This document shows positions 25,915 through 34,755 of a stretch of DNA of 64,000 nt, piece by piece. Within the stretch, counting starts at the first letter, position 1. Each line of letters opens with the position of its first letter. The notes under the pieces are model-generated. The model was not told where the DNA came from and did no database searches. It saw only the letters and a list, made by a program, of their open reading frames with translations. A program made the position numbers and the translations under genes. Origin of the DNA: Gloeobacterales cyanobacterium (GTDB lineage Bacteria > Cyanobacteriota > Cyanobacteriia > Gloeobacterales > PMM-0068); the NCBI GenBank assembly GCA_038245785.1, contig JBBRSB010000001.1:1-64000 (forward strand), given 5' to 3'.

Positions 25915-26106
25915 TCACAGAAGCTCCAGTTCTTCTTCAAAAAACCAGGCAGAGGTTTTATCGTCAAATACGACAACGACGCCGATGTCTGAACCATCGA
26001 CAATTTTGCTTCCAGCCACTGTCCCCACTTCGCCCAGTTTCCGGCCAATATTAGCCTCCACTACATCTCGAATTTTTCGGATTCTTACCTTCTGCCCTGT
26101 ATTCAT
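25915..26106 (-). CDS. petP: Cytochrome b6f-associated protein PetP
   Basis: GQKVRIRKIRD...KIVDGSDIGVVVVFDD...WFFEEEL. Confidence 0.85.
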   Translation of the reverse strand: MNTGQKVRIRKIRDVVEANIGRKLGEVGTVAGSKIVDGSDIGVVVVFDDKTSAWFFEEELELL

Positions 26107-26157
26107 AGACCGCATCCCCTCAGAAAGTCTTGAAACAGCAATCTGTCCCAGTATCTA

Positions 26158-26877
26158 TTACGAAGCTGATTCAGCTGGAGTTGCTTTGTTTTGGTTTTGC
26201 TTTTCTGCTTCCCGTGCTGCTCGCTTCTCTCGGTCCACCTTCGCCACTTCGTCCAAAACACTTTTGGACTGACGGATCAGTTCCACGGCCTTGGTGTAGG
26301 TTTCCATGTCTTGAGAAACCCGCTCAGGATTGAGCTTGAGGCGCTCACAAATCGACATTAGCTTTGCCTTGCGTTCTTCGGTTTTGGTGTAGACCTTATT
26401 CGCTGCTCCTTCAAAAACCATCATTAAACCAATGGCAAAAAAGCGACTGTATTTAAAGTCTTGATTGTCTACTAAGCCAACACAAATTTTATGAACCAAC
26501 ATCAGAGGGCCTTCTACAGGCTGTCTGGTCCCGCTCAAGACTTCAAGAATCTCCTGACCAGGGACCTGGGTAATCAGGTCAATCAGACTTTGGCTATCTT
26601 GCTGAATCTGATTTTGGTTAAGCCGCAGAGCGTTAATAAGGGCGGGGAAAATAAGTATTTTTTGGTCTGCGGGTTGATATCCTTCCATCATCGTGTCATA
26701 GGCCGTCTTCAAACCTAGTCCAAAAAACCCGTCATAGACAAAGTTTCCTGCTACCGTCACCAGATGAGTTTCTACCAGAATTTCATCGAAAACTGCGCGA
26801 AAAATTGAGTTTAAGGGTTGGCTATAGCCTTGATAAAATGCTTTTTTTGTGTCGGAGACCGTCGGAGGCTTGTTCAT
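26158..26877 (-). CDS. psb29: Photosystem II biogenesis protein Psb29/Thf1
   Basis: PTVSDTKKAFY, EILVETHL and FKYSRFFAIGL. Confidence 0.92.
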   Translation of the reverse strand: MNKPPTVSDTKKAFYQGYSQPLNSIFRAVFDEILVETHLVTVAGNFVYDGFFGLGLKTAYDTMMEGYQPADQKILIFPALINALRLNQNQIQQDSQSLIDLITQVPGQEILEVLSGTRQPVEGPLMLVHKICVGLVDNQDFKYSRFFAIGLMMVFEGAANKVYTKTEERKAKLMSICERLKLNPERVSQDMETYTKAVELIRQSKSVLDEVAKVDREKRAAREAEKQNQNKATPAESAS

Positions 26878-26898
26878 AGAATGCTCAAAGTAAGCTAA

Positions 26899-27270
26899 CT
26901 AACCATTGTTACCTTCAATGCTCGCATCAGCAAGAGCAGAGTCGCCTATTTGCCTCAAAAGGTCTATTACTAAAGGAGGACCGAGATAACCTTCCACCTT
27001 GCGCCCGCCGCGTATTTGCAACCATAGGCCCCACTGTTCTGCCTGTCCTTCTGCTCGTAATCGGATAGTTTCACTTTCACTATCTAGGGTCAAAGCTTCT
27101 TCTGGCATCAGTTCTTCTTGGATACTCTGCCAAGCTTGGGCCAAGGTTTTGAACTGTTGGACAAATTGCTGCCATTCCTCTGGACTAAATTCTATGGTCC
27201 AAGTGTCACAGCCCAGCCAAAATCTTTCGTTTCGGTTCTGGAGTGTTAGCTTAGGGGCGTTCACGGTCAT
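26899..27270 (-). CDS. DUF1818-like conserved cyanobacterial protein
   Basis: LGCDTWTIEF, IQEELMPEEALTL and GGRKVEG. Confidence 0.65.
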   Translation of the reverse strand: MTVNAPKLTLQNRNERFWLGCDTWTIEFSPEEWQQFVQQFKTLAQAWQSIQEELMPEEALTLDSESETIRLRAEGQAEQWGLWLQIRGGRKVEGYLGPPLVIDLLRQIGDSALADASIEGNNG

Positions 27271-27682
27271 AGATACTGACTACAGCACTGGTTAGCGCCT
27301 CGCGCTGCCTGCGCGTAAGCTGGTCAACGACTTTGCGGTCACGAATCATTGGATTTGTGGTTAAGGTTTCTGCTCCGGGATATTCCTGATAGTCCATCTC
27401 ATCATTGATGCCTAGGTAGTCTGCAAGGGTAAATTTCCAATCGATACGCGAGTAGGGGCTACGACCTTTGATCACGGTGTGGTAGGTAATAATCCGCCGG
27501 GCGAGGGTGTTTTCCGTACTTGGCTGTCCATCCTGTTTGCTGTTGTAAAGGTTCTCTTTTGGAAAGTCCGGCAACTTTTTATAAAGCTGTTGAGCGGCTA
27601 CTTTGGTGCTGGGTAGCGCCAGTACCGGGGAGAGCATAAAGAGACTCAAGGCTAGGAAGACCGTTAAAGATAAAAAACGCAT
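27251..27682 (-). CDS. Conserved exported cyanobacterial hypothetical protein
   Basis: Signal peptide; LPDFPKENLY and KGRSPYSRIDWKFTLADYLG. Confidence 0.7.
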   Translation of the reverse strand: MRFLSLTVFLALSLFMLSPVLALPSTKVAAQQLYKKLPDFPKENLYNSKQDGQPSTENTLARRIITYHTVIKGRSPYSRIDWKFTLADYLGINDEMDYQEYPGAETLTTNPMIRDRKVVDQLTRRQREALTSAVVSIYDRERP

Positions 27683-27690
27683 AGGAAACA

Positions 27691-28110
27691 CTAGAGGGAA
27701 AAGGATGATCTCTGGCACCAGTCTCCGCTGGGAATAAGGTGCTCTTCACGGCAGAAGGATTCCAAAAAGGGGCCGACGACATAAACGATGGCCTGGGCGT
27801 CCCTGGAAACAGGCGCTGCGCTGATGGGAAACGAGGCTCTTTGATAATATCCTTCCTCGACCCCTTCCAATTCATCTAAACAGGGCCAAAGCTCTGGTTG
27901 GATTTGGTAAAGCTCACCGATGACAGATCTCGCGCCCGCTTTACGGGAGAGGCTTGGCCTAAATACTGGATATCGACCTTCCACAGAGAATAATGAGCCT
28001 GAATAATGGACTATCCCAAGGAAAGGGCAACCTGTTAAAAAATGATGGTTACTTTCTCCGCGCCGCAAGGTTCCATATACCCAAAGATATTGGTGATTGG
28101 TGAACAACAT
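27691..28110 (-). CDS. Gamma-glutamylcyclotransferase (AIG2-like)
   Basis: VYGTLRRGESNH, GELY and LDELEG. Confidence 0.88.
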   Translation of the reverse strand: MLFTNHQYLWVYGTLRRGESNHHFLTGCPFLGIVHYSGSLFSVEGRYPVFRPSLSRKAGARSVIGELYQIQPELWPCLDELEGVEEGYYQRASFPISAAPVSRDAQAIVYVVGPFLESFCREEHLIPSGDWCQRSSFSL

Positions 28111-28119
28111 GAGGGATAG

Positions 28120-28533
28120 CTACTTGTATAAGGGCACACCGCAATGAAGTATCACCTGGGTCAATTTTTTATCCACGGTTGCCAGAGGAAAACCTCCTCT
28201 CATGGCTAATTCTAAGTATGCGGCATCATATGCGGAGAGACTGTGTTCTCGGGCGAGCGTTAGTGTGGCCCCTAAAGCTTGTTGGGCAGTGGCTTCATCC
28301 ACACTGATAGGTAGCGCTTGTAATAGCGCTACGGCTCTCACCATTTGCGCTTCGGTCAGTCGCTTTCTTATTTCAGCAACTACTAAGACATTGGCAACCT
28401 CAAGGGGCCAAAGGGCAGGGACTACTGCTTCTGCTGTTAGTAGAGAACCCAAAACTTCATCAGCATAGATGTTAGTTTCATCATCAAAGCACCAGCTCAT
28501 AGCAACGGAGCAGTCAAGAACAAAGCGGGTCAA
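28120..28533 (-). CDS. vapC: VapC/PIN-domain toxin
   Basis: VLDCSVA, LEVANVL, LSAYDAAYLELA and LATVD. Confidence 0.9.
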   Translation of the reverse strand: MTRFVLDCSVAMSWCFDDETNIYADEVLGSLLTAEAVVPALWPLEVANVLVVAEIRKRLTEAQMVRAVALLQALPISVDEATAQQALGATLTLAREHSLSAYDAAYLELAMRGGFPLATVDKKLTQVILHCGVPLYK

Positions 28534-28796
28534 AACCTTCTTCCTTCTTCTATGAGCTCTCTTATAGTAAGACCGCCCAGGGACATCTCGCGTTTGAGCG
28601 CTCGTAAATCCGCGATCACAGAGGCTAAGTCTTGGTTGCGATTGAGGCTGCCTGATCTCTGGGCTACATGTGGCATTGGTGTTAACAAAGCAACAGGCAC
28701 GCCATGCTTCGTTATAGTGACAGCCTCACCCATGGCAACTTGCTCTAATAGCTTGGGCAAATGAGTTTTAGCTTCATAGGCTCCCACGGTCTGCAT
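28530..28796 (-). CDS. Phd/YefM family antitoxin
   Basis: VGAYEAKTHLPKLLEQV...ITKHGVPVALL; 4-bp overlap with vapC. Confidence 0.9.
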   Translation of the reverse strand: MQTVGAYEAKTHLPKLLEQVAMGEAVTITKHGVPVALLTPMPHVAQRSGSLNRNQDLASVIADLRALKREMSLGGLTIRELIEEGRRF

Positions 28797-28813
28797 TACT
28801 ATCCTCAGAGTCA

Positions 28814-28834
28814 ACTAGTCTAAGACTAGTCTAA
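28814..28834. promoter_or_regulatory. Putative TA autoregulatory operator
   Basis: Perfect inverted repeat ACTAGTCT-A-AGACTAGT, also an ACTAGTCTAA direct repeat, 18 bp upstream of the antitoxin start. Confidence 0.6.
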
Positions 28835-28862
28835 ACGTGCTCTTGAAGTATTGCAAGCTTTT

Positions 28863-29603
28863 CTAGCCATGTTGCTGTACCTCTTGAGCATCCAGACGGT
28901 CTAGTACTAAATCGGCTCCAGCCAATTCTTCTGGAGTCCCCAAGCCTGTAGTTACTGCTACTACACCTCCAGCATTCGCCCTATGACCAAACAAGAGGTC
29001 TACTACGTTATCTCCCACCAGCAGAGTCTGTTCTGGAGAAAGCCCCAATTTTTCACAGGCTCTTTGATAAAGCTGAGGGTCGGGTTTATCTTGATCGCCT
29101 GGTTCAGTGCCTAGAACTAAATCCATAGGCAGTTTGTGAGCTGTGACAAAAGATTCTGCACGGGCCTGGGTATCTGCCGTCAAAATGGCAAGCTTCAGGC
29201 CCAAGCTTTTTAAGAGTTCTAAAAGGGCAGGCACTCCGGGAAATATGGGAGCGTACTGGAGAAAGGGAAGATAATCATCGGCCTCTAGAAAGCTATGCTC
29301 TGTAACCGCTTTCGCTTCAGACCAATCCATGCCCATTTCAGCTAGATAAGCAGCAGCGGCAATCATGTTTTCGTAGCGAGAGCCTACCGCCATCAGTCCC
29401 TGGGGTTTAAGCTTGCCCCGTTCTACCCCAAAGGCTAGTTCTAGTTGACCGTGTACGCCCGGAACTTTGGCGTCCATAAGACGAGCACGGCGAAGCGCTA
29501 AATTTTTGTAGTAGTCCACGCTGTCGCAGAGGGTGCCGTCCTTATCAAAAAAGATGGCTTCGATATCAGTGAAAACGTGACCTTTCCAGGTTAAGCGTGC
29601 CAT
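28863..29603 (-). CDS. HAD family hydrolase
   Basis: FDKDGTL, KPDP and VGDNVVD. Confidence 0.9.
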   Translation of the reverse strand: MARLTWKGHVFTDIEAIFFDKDGTLCDSVDYYKNLALRRARLMDAKVPGVHGQLELAFGVERGKLKPQGLMAVGSRYENMIAAAAYLAEMGMDWSEAKAVTEHSFLEADDYLPFLQYAPIFPGVPALLELLKSLGLKLAILTADTQARAESFVTAHKLPMDLVLGTEPGDQDKPDPQLYQRACEKLGLSPEQTLLVGDNVVDLLFGHRANAGGVVAVTTGLGTPEELAGADLVLDRLDAQEVQQHG

Positions 29604-29627
29604 GAGTTATCCAATTGAGCCTTTGGA

Positions 29628-29702
29628 GATCCCCCCAACCCCCCTTAATAAGGGGGGCAAAGCCCTTCACGACTTAAAATTCTCTTTCGCTGGGGGGGGA
29701 TC
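29628..29702. repeat. Cyanobacterial-type dispersed palindromic repeat
   Basis: GATCCCCCCAA-CCCCCCTT-AAT-AAGGGGGG ... GGGGGGATC, with nested inverted repeats. Confidence 0.65.
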
Positions 29703-29764
29703 GCATTGAAAAACGCACCAAAGCAACGCCTTAGTGCGTATATACAAAAGTCAGAAGTCAAGAT

Positions 29765-29905
29765 TTACTTGAATCCGACGGCTGCCTGCCAAACAAAGGC
29801 CAGCAGGAAGAAAAGGATGGGGATGACCGGAAGCAAATCGATCAAGGGATTCATCCAAGCCCATTCCGGGGGAGTGCTATTCGCTAACAAAAGAGCTGTA
29901 TGCAT
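29765..29905 (-). CDS. psbK: Photosystem II reaction centre protein K (46 aa; below the ORF-track cutoff)
   Basis: Manual translation [46 protein letters not shown]. Confidence 0.95.
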   Translation of the reverse strand: MHTALLLANSTPPEWAWMNPLIDLLPVIPILFFLLAFVWQAAVGFK

Positions 29906-30121
29906 AAAACTGACACCTATCTAAATGCGCCCTAACTTGAGGATTATCTTAACACGCAGTTACTGAAGTTAACCTAGTCTTTGACGATTGCCTAGACAAC
30001 TTCTGACTGCTCAACCGAAAGTGCTCTCTGTAGAGGATTTGGGGCCTATCCTGCCTGTGAGGAATTCCTAAGATCTAGCCGTAGTTTGTCCGTGGAAAAA
30101 GACGATCCCCGTTTAGGGCTT

Positions 30122-30625
30122 TTACTGGATCCCAACCAGCTTGATTTTGAAATTCAGCTTCTTGCCCGCTAGCGGTGGGTTGGCGTCCACGGTAATCGCT
30201 TTGCTATTGACGTCGAGAACCTTGACGGCGATCGGGGTCCCCGTTGCCAAACGCAACTGCAGAGTCTGTCCCTTCTCCACTTTCTGTTTTCCTAGTTTCT
30301 CGCGGGGGATTTCTCCTTTCTTTTTTGGATCATAGGCCCCATATCCATCTTCAGGAGGGACCTTCACCGTGCGTTCTTCCCCTACCTTCATCCCTGTCAC
30401 TCCCTTATCAAAGCCAGGAATGACCTGCCCGCCCCCAATTTTGAATTCTAGGGGCGCTCTTCCTTGAGAGGAATCCGCCACCGTGCCATCCTCTAAGGTC
30501 AGGGTATAGTCCACTTTTACGGTGTCACCCTTCTGTGCCAGGCGGTTCGTCGTAGCTGGGGGGGTGCTACAAGCCGTAATGGTAAGGACCACCAGCCAGA
30601 GGGGAGCTTTTTTGAGGATTATCAT
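30122..30625 (-). CDS. FKBP-type (SlyD-like) peptidyl-prolyl isomerase, probable lipoprotein
   Basis: ITAC lipobox; VKVDYTL, VIPGFDKGV and DANPPLAGKKLNF. Confidence 0.9.
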   Translation of the reverse strand: MIILKKAPLWLVVLTITACSTPPATTNRLAQKGDTVKVDYTLTLEDGTVADSSQGRAPLEFKIGGGQVIPGFDKGVTGMKVGEERTVKVPPEDGYGAYDPKKKGEIPREKLGKQKVEKGQTLQLRLATGTPIAVKVLDVNSKAITVDANPPLAGKKLNFKIKLVGIQ

Positions 30626-30645
30626 TTCTCTTTCTTTGATATCCC

Positions 30646-31089
30646 TTATAAAAACACATTTGGGTTAACCCCAAAATGGGCGGCGAGGGTTTTGATCTGG
30701 TCTGTGGTTAGTTTGCGCTCTCCCTGAAGAATCTTGCTCAGGTTGCTCTGATGGATAGCCGTGGCCTTCTCTAGATCTTTTTGTGTCAAGTTTTGCTGGT
30801 CCATCAGAAAAGCTAATACTTGATGCGGTAGGGCGTCAGGAATAGGGTGCTTTTGGACTTCATAGGTGTTGATGCGCTCACTCAAAATACCCAGTAAGGT
30901 ACCAAAGGGTGAATGGGGGTCCTCGCCCACTTTGTCCCAAAGCACTGCCAAAAGTTCTAAAGCCGCTTGATATTGGGCTTCATCCTCAATCGGCACTAGA
31001 TAGTCATGAGTAACCCTATCCATTTGCTCCCACTTTTCTAAAACAAACTCAATAGTCTTTATACGATACTCCTTCAGAGGAATCTGCAC
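30646..31089 (-). CDS. HigA-like HTH antitoxin/regulator with no adjacent toxin
   Basis: PIEDEAQYQAAL and LAFLMDQQNLTQKDL...SKILQGERKLT; start uncertain. Confidence 0.8.
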   Translation of the reverse strand: MQIPLKEYRIKTIEFVLEKWEQMDRVTHDYLVPIEDEAQYQAALELLAVLWDKVGEDPHSPFGTLLGILSERINTYEVQKHPIPDALPHQVLAFLMDQQNLTQKDLEKATAIHQSNLSKILQGERKLTTDQIKTLAAHFGVNPNVFL

Positions 31090-31198
31090 CTCCGGCAGGC
31101 TGAGTGCATGGCACTCACTTTGTGCACACCAATGGGAAGCTTTGCTATGGGGAAGCTAGGAGCACCGCCTATACTCAAAGGAAACCATTCCTATTTCT

Positions 31199-31993
31199 AT
31201 GGCTCTGCATCTCAGCGCAACAACGCTCACCATTTACACCCGTTGTCCCTATGCCTATGCGCTTGAGAAAGTAGCCAAGGTGCCTGCCTATCTCAAGTCG
31301 ATTAGCCCTGAAATGCATACAGGGACAGCAGTGCACTCAGTTCTGCAAAGCATGATCAAGGAACCGGAGCTGACTCCAGAAAAAGCTCAAGTCAAGTTAG
31401 AGCAGAGCTTCAATTGGAATAACTACCAGGACCCGCAGCAAGCGCAGGCGCAATTTGCCATTGCTCAACAGCGACTCCAGGATTGGTTGGAGACACCCTA
31501 CGGTTGGGGAGAAGGAGAAGTGATCTCTGTCGAAAAGATGCTCCGCAGCCCAGAAGTAGAAGGGCTGATTCTCTGGGGAAAACCGGATATGGTGCGGGTG
31601 GCAGAGGGCAATATTCTAGAGGTTGTGGACCACAAATCAGGTCGCTTTGTGCCCAGCTTGAAAGAACAGAAAGCCAGTTGGCAAGCGATTGTCTATCGTC
31701 TTTTGACCGAGATTCGCTGGCCTGAATTTAGCGATTATCGGATTAGCTTTAGTTATCTGGCCACTCAGCAAATCCTGCCTATTGCCTACACGCCATCGGA
31801 AGTGGAATCGATGTGGCAGAGAATTTTACAGATTGCTAGACGGATTGAAAAAGCTCGGGCTTCTGTGGAATTAGATATTGCTTTGGAGGAAGCCTTCCCC
31901 GCTCGTCCTGGCTCCCATTGCCGCTACTGCAATACTCGTAGGGCCTGTTCTTTTTATGAAGGCCAAGAAGAATATGCTGCAACCGCCCACTGA
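31199..31993 (+). CDS. PD-(D/E)XK nuclease (RecB/AddB/Cas4-like) with putative Fe-S cysteines
   Basis: LSATTL...RCP, GTAVHSVL, GKPD, VVDHKSG, QAIVY and C-terminal CRYCNTRRAC. Confidence 0.85.
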   Translation: MALHLSATTLTIYTRCPYAYALEKVAKVPAYLKSISPEMHTGTAVHSVLQSMIKEPELTPEKAQVKLEQSFNWNNYQDPQQAQAQFAIAQQRLQDWLETPYGWGEGEVISVEKMLRSPEVEGLILWGKPDMVRVAEGNILEVVDHKSGRFVPSLKEQKASWQAIVYRLLTEIRWPEFSDYRISFSYLATQQILPIAYTPSEVESMWQRILQIARRIEKARASVELDIALEEAFPARPGSHCRYCNTRRACSFYEGQEEYAATAH

Positions 31994-32232
31994 GGAGAAT
32001 TCAATATTTGAGTGTAAGACAGAAATCAGTTTCTTCTTATCGTCTCAATTGTGCGTGGTGATACACAGTTTTGCCATCCATGAGGAAGGTGAGCTAATCT
32101 AGCGGAAGTTAGCAAATAAATCGTTGCCCACGCTACCGAATAGCCATTGGATAGGCACTAGATGCTTATCTCGCTAAACAAAAGTAGAACACGTGGAACG
32201 GGCATAGTTTATCCACACGCTGGTCTGTCCAG

Positions 32233-33528
32233 ATGAAAACTGTATCCAAGCTCCCCATAGGATGGCGTTGGTTTATCGGGGTTCTAGGGCTTATCGGGAT
32301 TGGCATAGCAGCCTACGTCTTTATCTTTTCCCGTCCTAATCCTGACCAATACGAGAAATTTTTGACGACGGTTGAACAAATCAACAGCGATATCCGCATT
32401 ACTTCAGCCGGAACCGTAGCGCCCAATCGCAAGGCTAATGTCGGACCCAAAGATCAAGGATTGCTTATAGAACTCTATGTCGAACAGGGACAGGCTGTGA
32501 AGAAAGGACAGATTCTGGCCCGCATGGATTCCAGTCGATTGGTCAGCGAAGTCGCTGAAGCCAAAGCCACTGCCGATGCCGCCCGTGCCCGCTATCTAGA
32601 ATCCCGAAATGGTTCCCGCCGTCAGGATGTTTCTCAGGCAGAGGCCGAGAAGCGTTCAGCCCAAGCCAGTCTCTCCATTGCCCAAGATAACTACAAACGA
32701 TTCAAGCAACTGCGAGATGAAGGCGTGGTCAACACTATTGATTTCAATACCCGCCGTCTTGAACTAGACCGGGCACGGGAAGCCCTTAAAGGCAGTGAAC
32801 AGAAGCTCAATCTCTTGAAAGCTGGTAGCCGCTATGAGCAGGTATTAGCAGCCAAGGCCGAAGTAGACCGCACGGAAGCCCAGTTCGCCAATGCCCGTAC
32901 CCGCTTTAATGATCTTACTATCCGGGCACCCTTCACCGGAATTGTCTCTCAGCGCTACGCCCAAGCGGGAAGTTTCGTATCTCCAAACAGCAATACCCAG
33001 GGAGATTCCGCCACCTCTAGCTCCATCTTGCTTTTGATTGACCGCCTGGAAGTGCTGGCAACGGTTGCCGAATCAGATATTGCCCGGATACAGGTTGGTC
33101 AGCCTGTAGAAGTCACGACCACGGCTTTCCCTGGCAAAATCTTCAAAGGCAAAGTCCGTCTGGTTGCCCCAGAGGCAGTTCAGGAGAACGGAATCACCCA
33201 GTTTCAGGTGCGGGTACAATTAGATAACGAGGCGGCGAAGACGCTGAAATCTCGTCTGAATGTGACGGTCAACTTCATCGCTGGAAAGATCCAGGATGCT
33301 TTAGCAGTGCCGACCGCAGCGGTAATTACGAATAAAGCGGGGAAGACAGGCGTTTTAGTCCTAGATCCTAAAAAAGGGCCAGTTTTCCGAGTAGTGACTT
33401 CCGGTCAGAATTTGGGAGACAAGACCCAGATAGTTTCTGGTCTGAAGGAGGGTGAGAAGATTTTCAGCAAAGTTCCACCAGACTTCAACATCGAAGAGAT
33501 CTCGGGGAGTGGCAATGCTTTTCGGTGA
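32233..33528 (+). CDS. Periplasmic adaptor (MacA/HlyD family) of an ABC exporter
   Basis: N-terminal TM, VEQGQAVKKGQILA and IRAPFTGIV. Confidence 0.9.
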   Translation: MKTVSKLPIGWRWFIGVLGLIGIGIAAYVFIFSRPNPDQYEKFLTTVEQINSDIRITSAGTVAPNRKANVGPKDQGLLIELYVEQGQAVKKGQILARMDSSRLVSEVAEAKATADAARARYLESRNGSRRQDVSQAEAEKRSAQASLSIAQDNYKRFKQLRDEGVVNTIDFNTRRLELDRAREALKGSEQKLNLLKAGSRYEQVLAAKAEVDRTEAQFANARTRFNDLTIRAPFTGIVSQRYAQAGSFVSPNSNTQGDSATSSSILLLIDRLEVLATVAESDIARIQVGQPVEVTTTAFPGKIFKGKVRLVAPEAVQENGITQFQVRVQLDNEAAKTLKSRLNVTVNFIAGKIQDALAVPTAAVITNKAGKTGVLVLDPKKGPVFRVVTSGQNLGDKTQIVSGLKEGEKIFSKVPPDFNIEEISGSGNAFR

Positions 33529-33529
33529 T

Positions 33530-34735
33530 ATGAATTTGCTTGAGAGTCTGAAAGTAGCGGTGGATAGCCTCTGGGCCAATCGGTTGCGCTCCTTTCTAAC
33601 CATGATTGGCCTGATCATCGGGATTAGCTCGGTGATTTTAGTTATCGCCTTTGGGGTTGGAGCTCAACAGTTCGCCAAACAGCAGCTTCAAAGTTTAGGG
33701 AGCAATGTGATTGGTGTCTTTGATGGAGGACCTCGCACTCAGGGCAACCAACCGCTGACCCTCGCGGATGTAGAAGCTATCCGCACACAGGCCAGTACCG
33801 TTCAGAACGTAGCTCCACTGCTCTATGGCCAGGGTCAGTTAGCTCGAAATAACCGCACAGCGCAAGGTCAACTCAGTGGCGTTCCTGCCTCTCTAGCAGA
33901 AATTCTCACCATTACTTATGCAAGAGGGCGCTACTTTACGCGCGCTGAAATTGAGTCGCGTTCGCGGGTCGTGATTATTGGAGAAGAGCTTAATAAGCAG
34001 CTTTTTCAGTACGAAGACCCGATTGGCAAAACGATTATCGTCAATAATCAGCCCATGACCGTGGTCGGAGTCACTCGCCGAGGCATATTACCGATTGGTT
34101 GGGTGGATCTGAACCAAGGGTTATTGATTCCTTTCCCTTTAGCGATGGAGAGCTTTCTAGAGAGTGACTCTCCTTTTGGAAAAAAAGCGGGGGCTCTCTT
34201 AGTACAAGGAAAACCAAGCACCACCATCGAGGAAGTAACCTTCGAGGTCAAAAACCTGATGCGGCTACGTCATAATGTCACCGATAAAGAGGATTTTGTC
34301 CTCTTCAACCTGAAATCAGTCCTCGACCTGATCAATAATGTCGCCCTTGCGATCACGATTGTTTTAGGGCTGACTGCCGCGATTTCCCTATTGGTCAGTG
34401 GGGTGGGCATCACGAATATCATGCTCGCTTCCGTGTTGGAGCGTACGCGGGAAATCGGCTTACGTAAGGCCTTAGGAGCCTCTGAAGAAGTGATTCTCAC
34501 CCAGTTTGTGATTGAAGCGGTGCTCCTTTCCTCCGTGAGTGGGATTCTTGGCGTACTTTTGGGAATTCTCGGAGCTACAGTAGCCAGTCACTTCTCGCCT
34601 GTCCAACCGGAGATAACACTATGGTCCGTCTTGCTAGCGGTGGGATTTTCTGTAGGCATAGGGCTCCTCTTTGGGATTGCGCCTGCCCAACGAGCTGCCA
34701 ACCTTGACCCGATTATTGCTCTGAGATCTGATTGA
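33530..34735 (+). CDS. MacB-type ABC permease 1
   Basis: NRLRSFLTMIGLIIG, ERTREIGLRKALGA and AANLDPIIALR. Confidence 0.92.
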   Translation: MNLLESLKVAVDSLWANRLRSFLTMIGLIIGISSVILVIAFGVGAQQFAKQQLQSLGSNVIGVFDGGPRTQGNQPLTLADVEAIRTQASTVQNVAPLLYGQGQLARNNRTAQGQLSGVPASLAEILTITYARGRYFTRAEIESRSRVVIIGEELNKQLFQYEDPIGKTIIVNNQPMTVVGVTRRGILPIGWVDLNQGLLIPFPLAMESFLESDSPFGKKAGALLVQGKPSTTIEEVTFEVKNLMRLRHNVTDKEDFVLFNLKSVLDLINNVALAITIVLGLTAAISLLVSGVGITNIMLASVLERTREIGLRKALGASEEVILTQFVIEAVLLSSVSGILGVLLGILGATVASHFSPVQPEITLWSVLLAVGFSVGIGLLFGIAPAQRAANLDPIIALRSD

Positions 34736-34755
34736 GTGGATGGAGGAAAGAACCT

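Noticed and set aside
29706..29924. 72-aa plus-strand ORF
   Set aside because: Antisense shadow of psbK.
31199..31993. cas4 of a CRISPR-Cas locus
   Set aside because: No array or other cas genes in the window; called a stand-alone PD-(D/E)XK nuclease.
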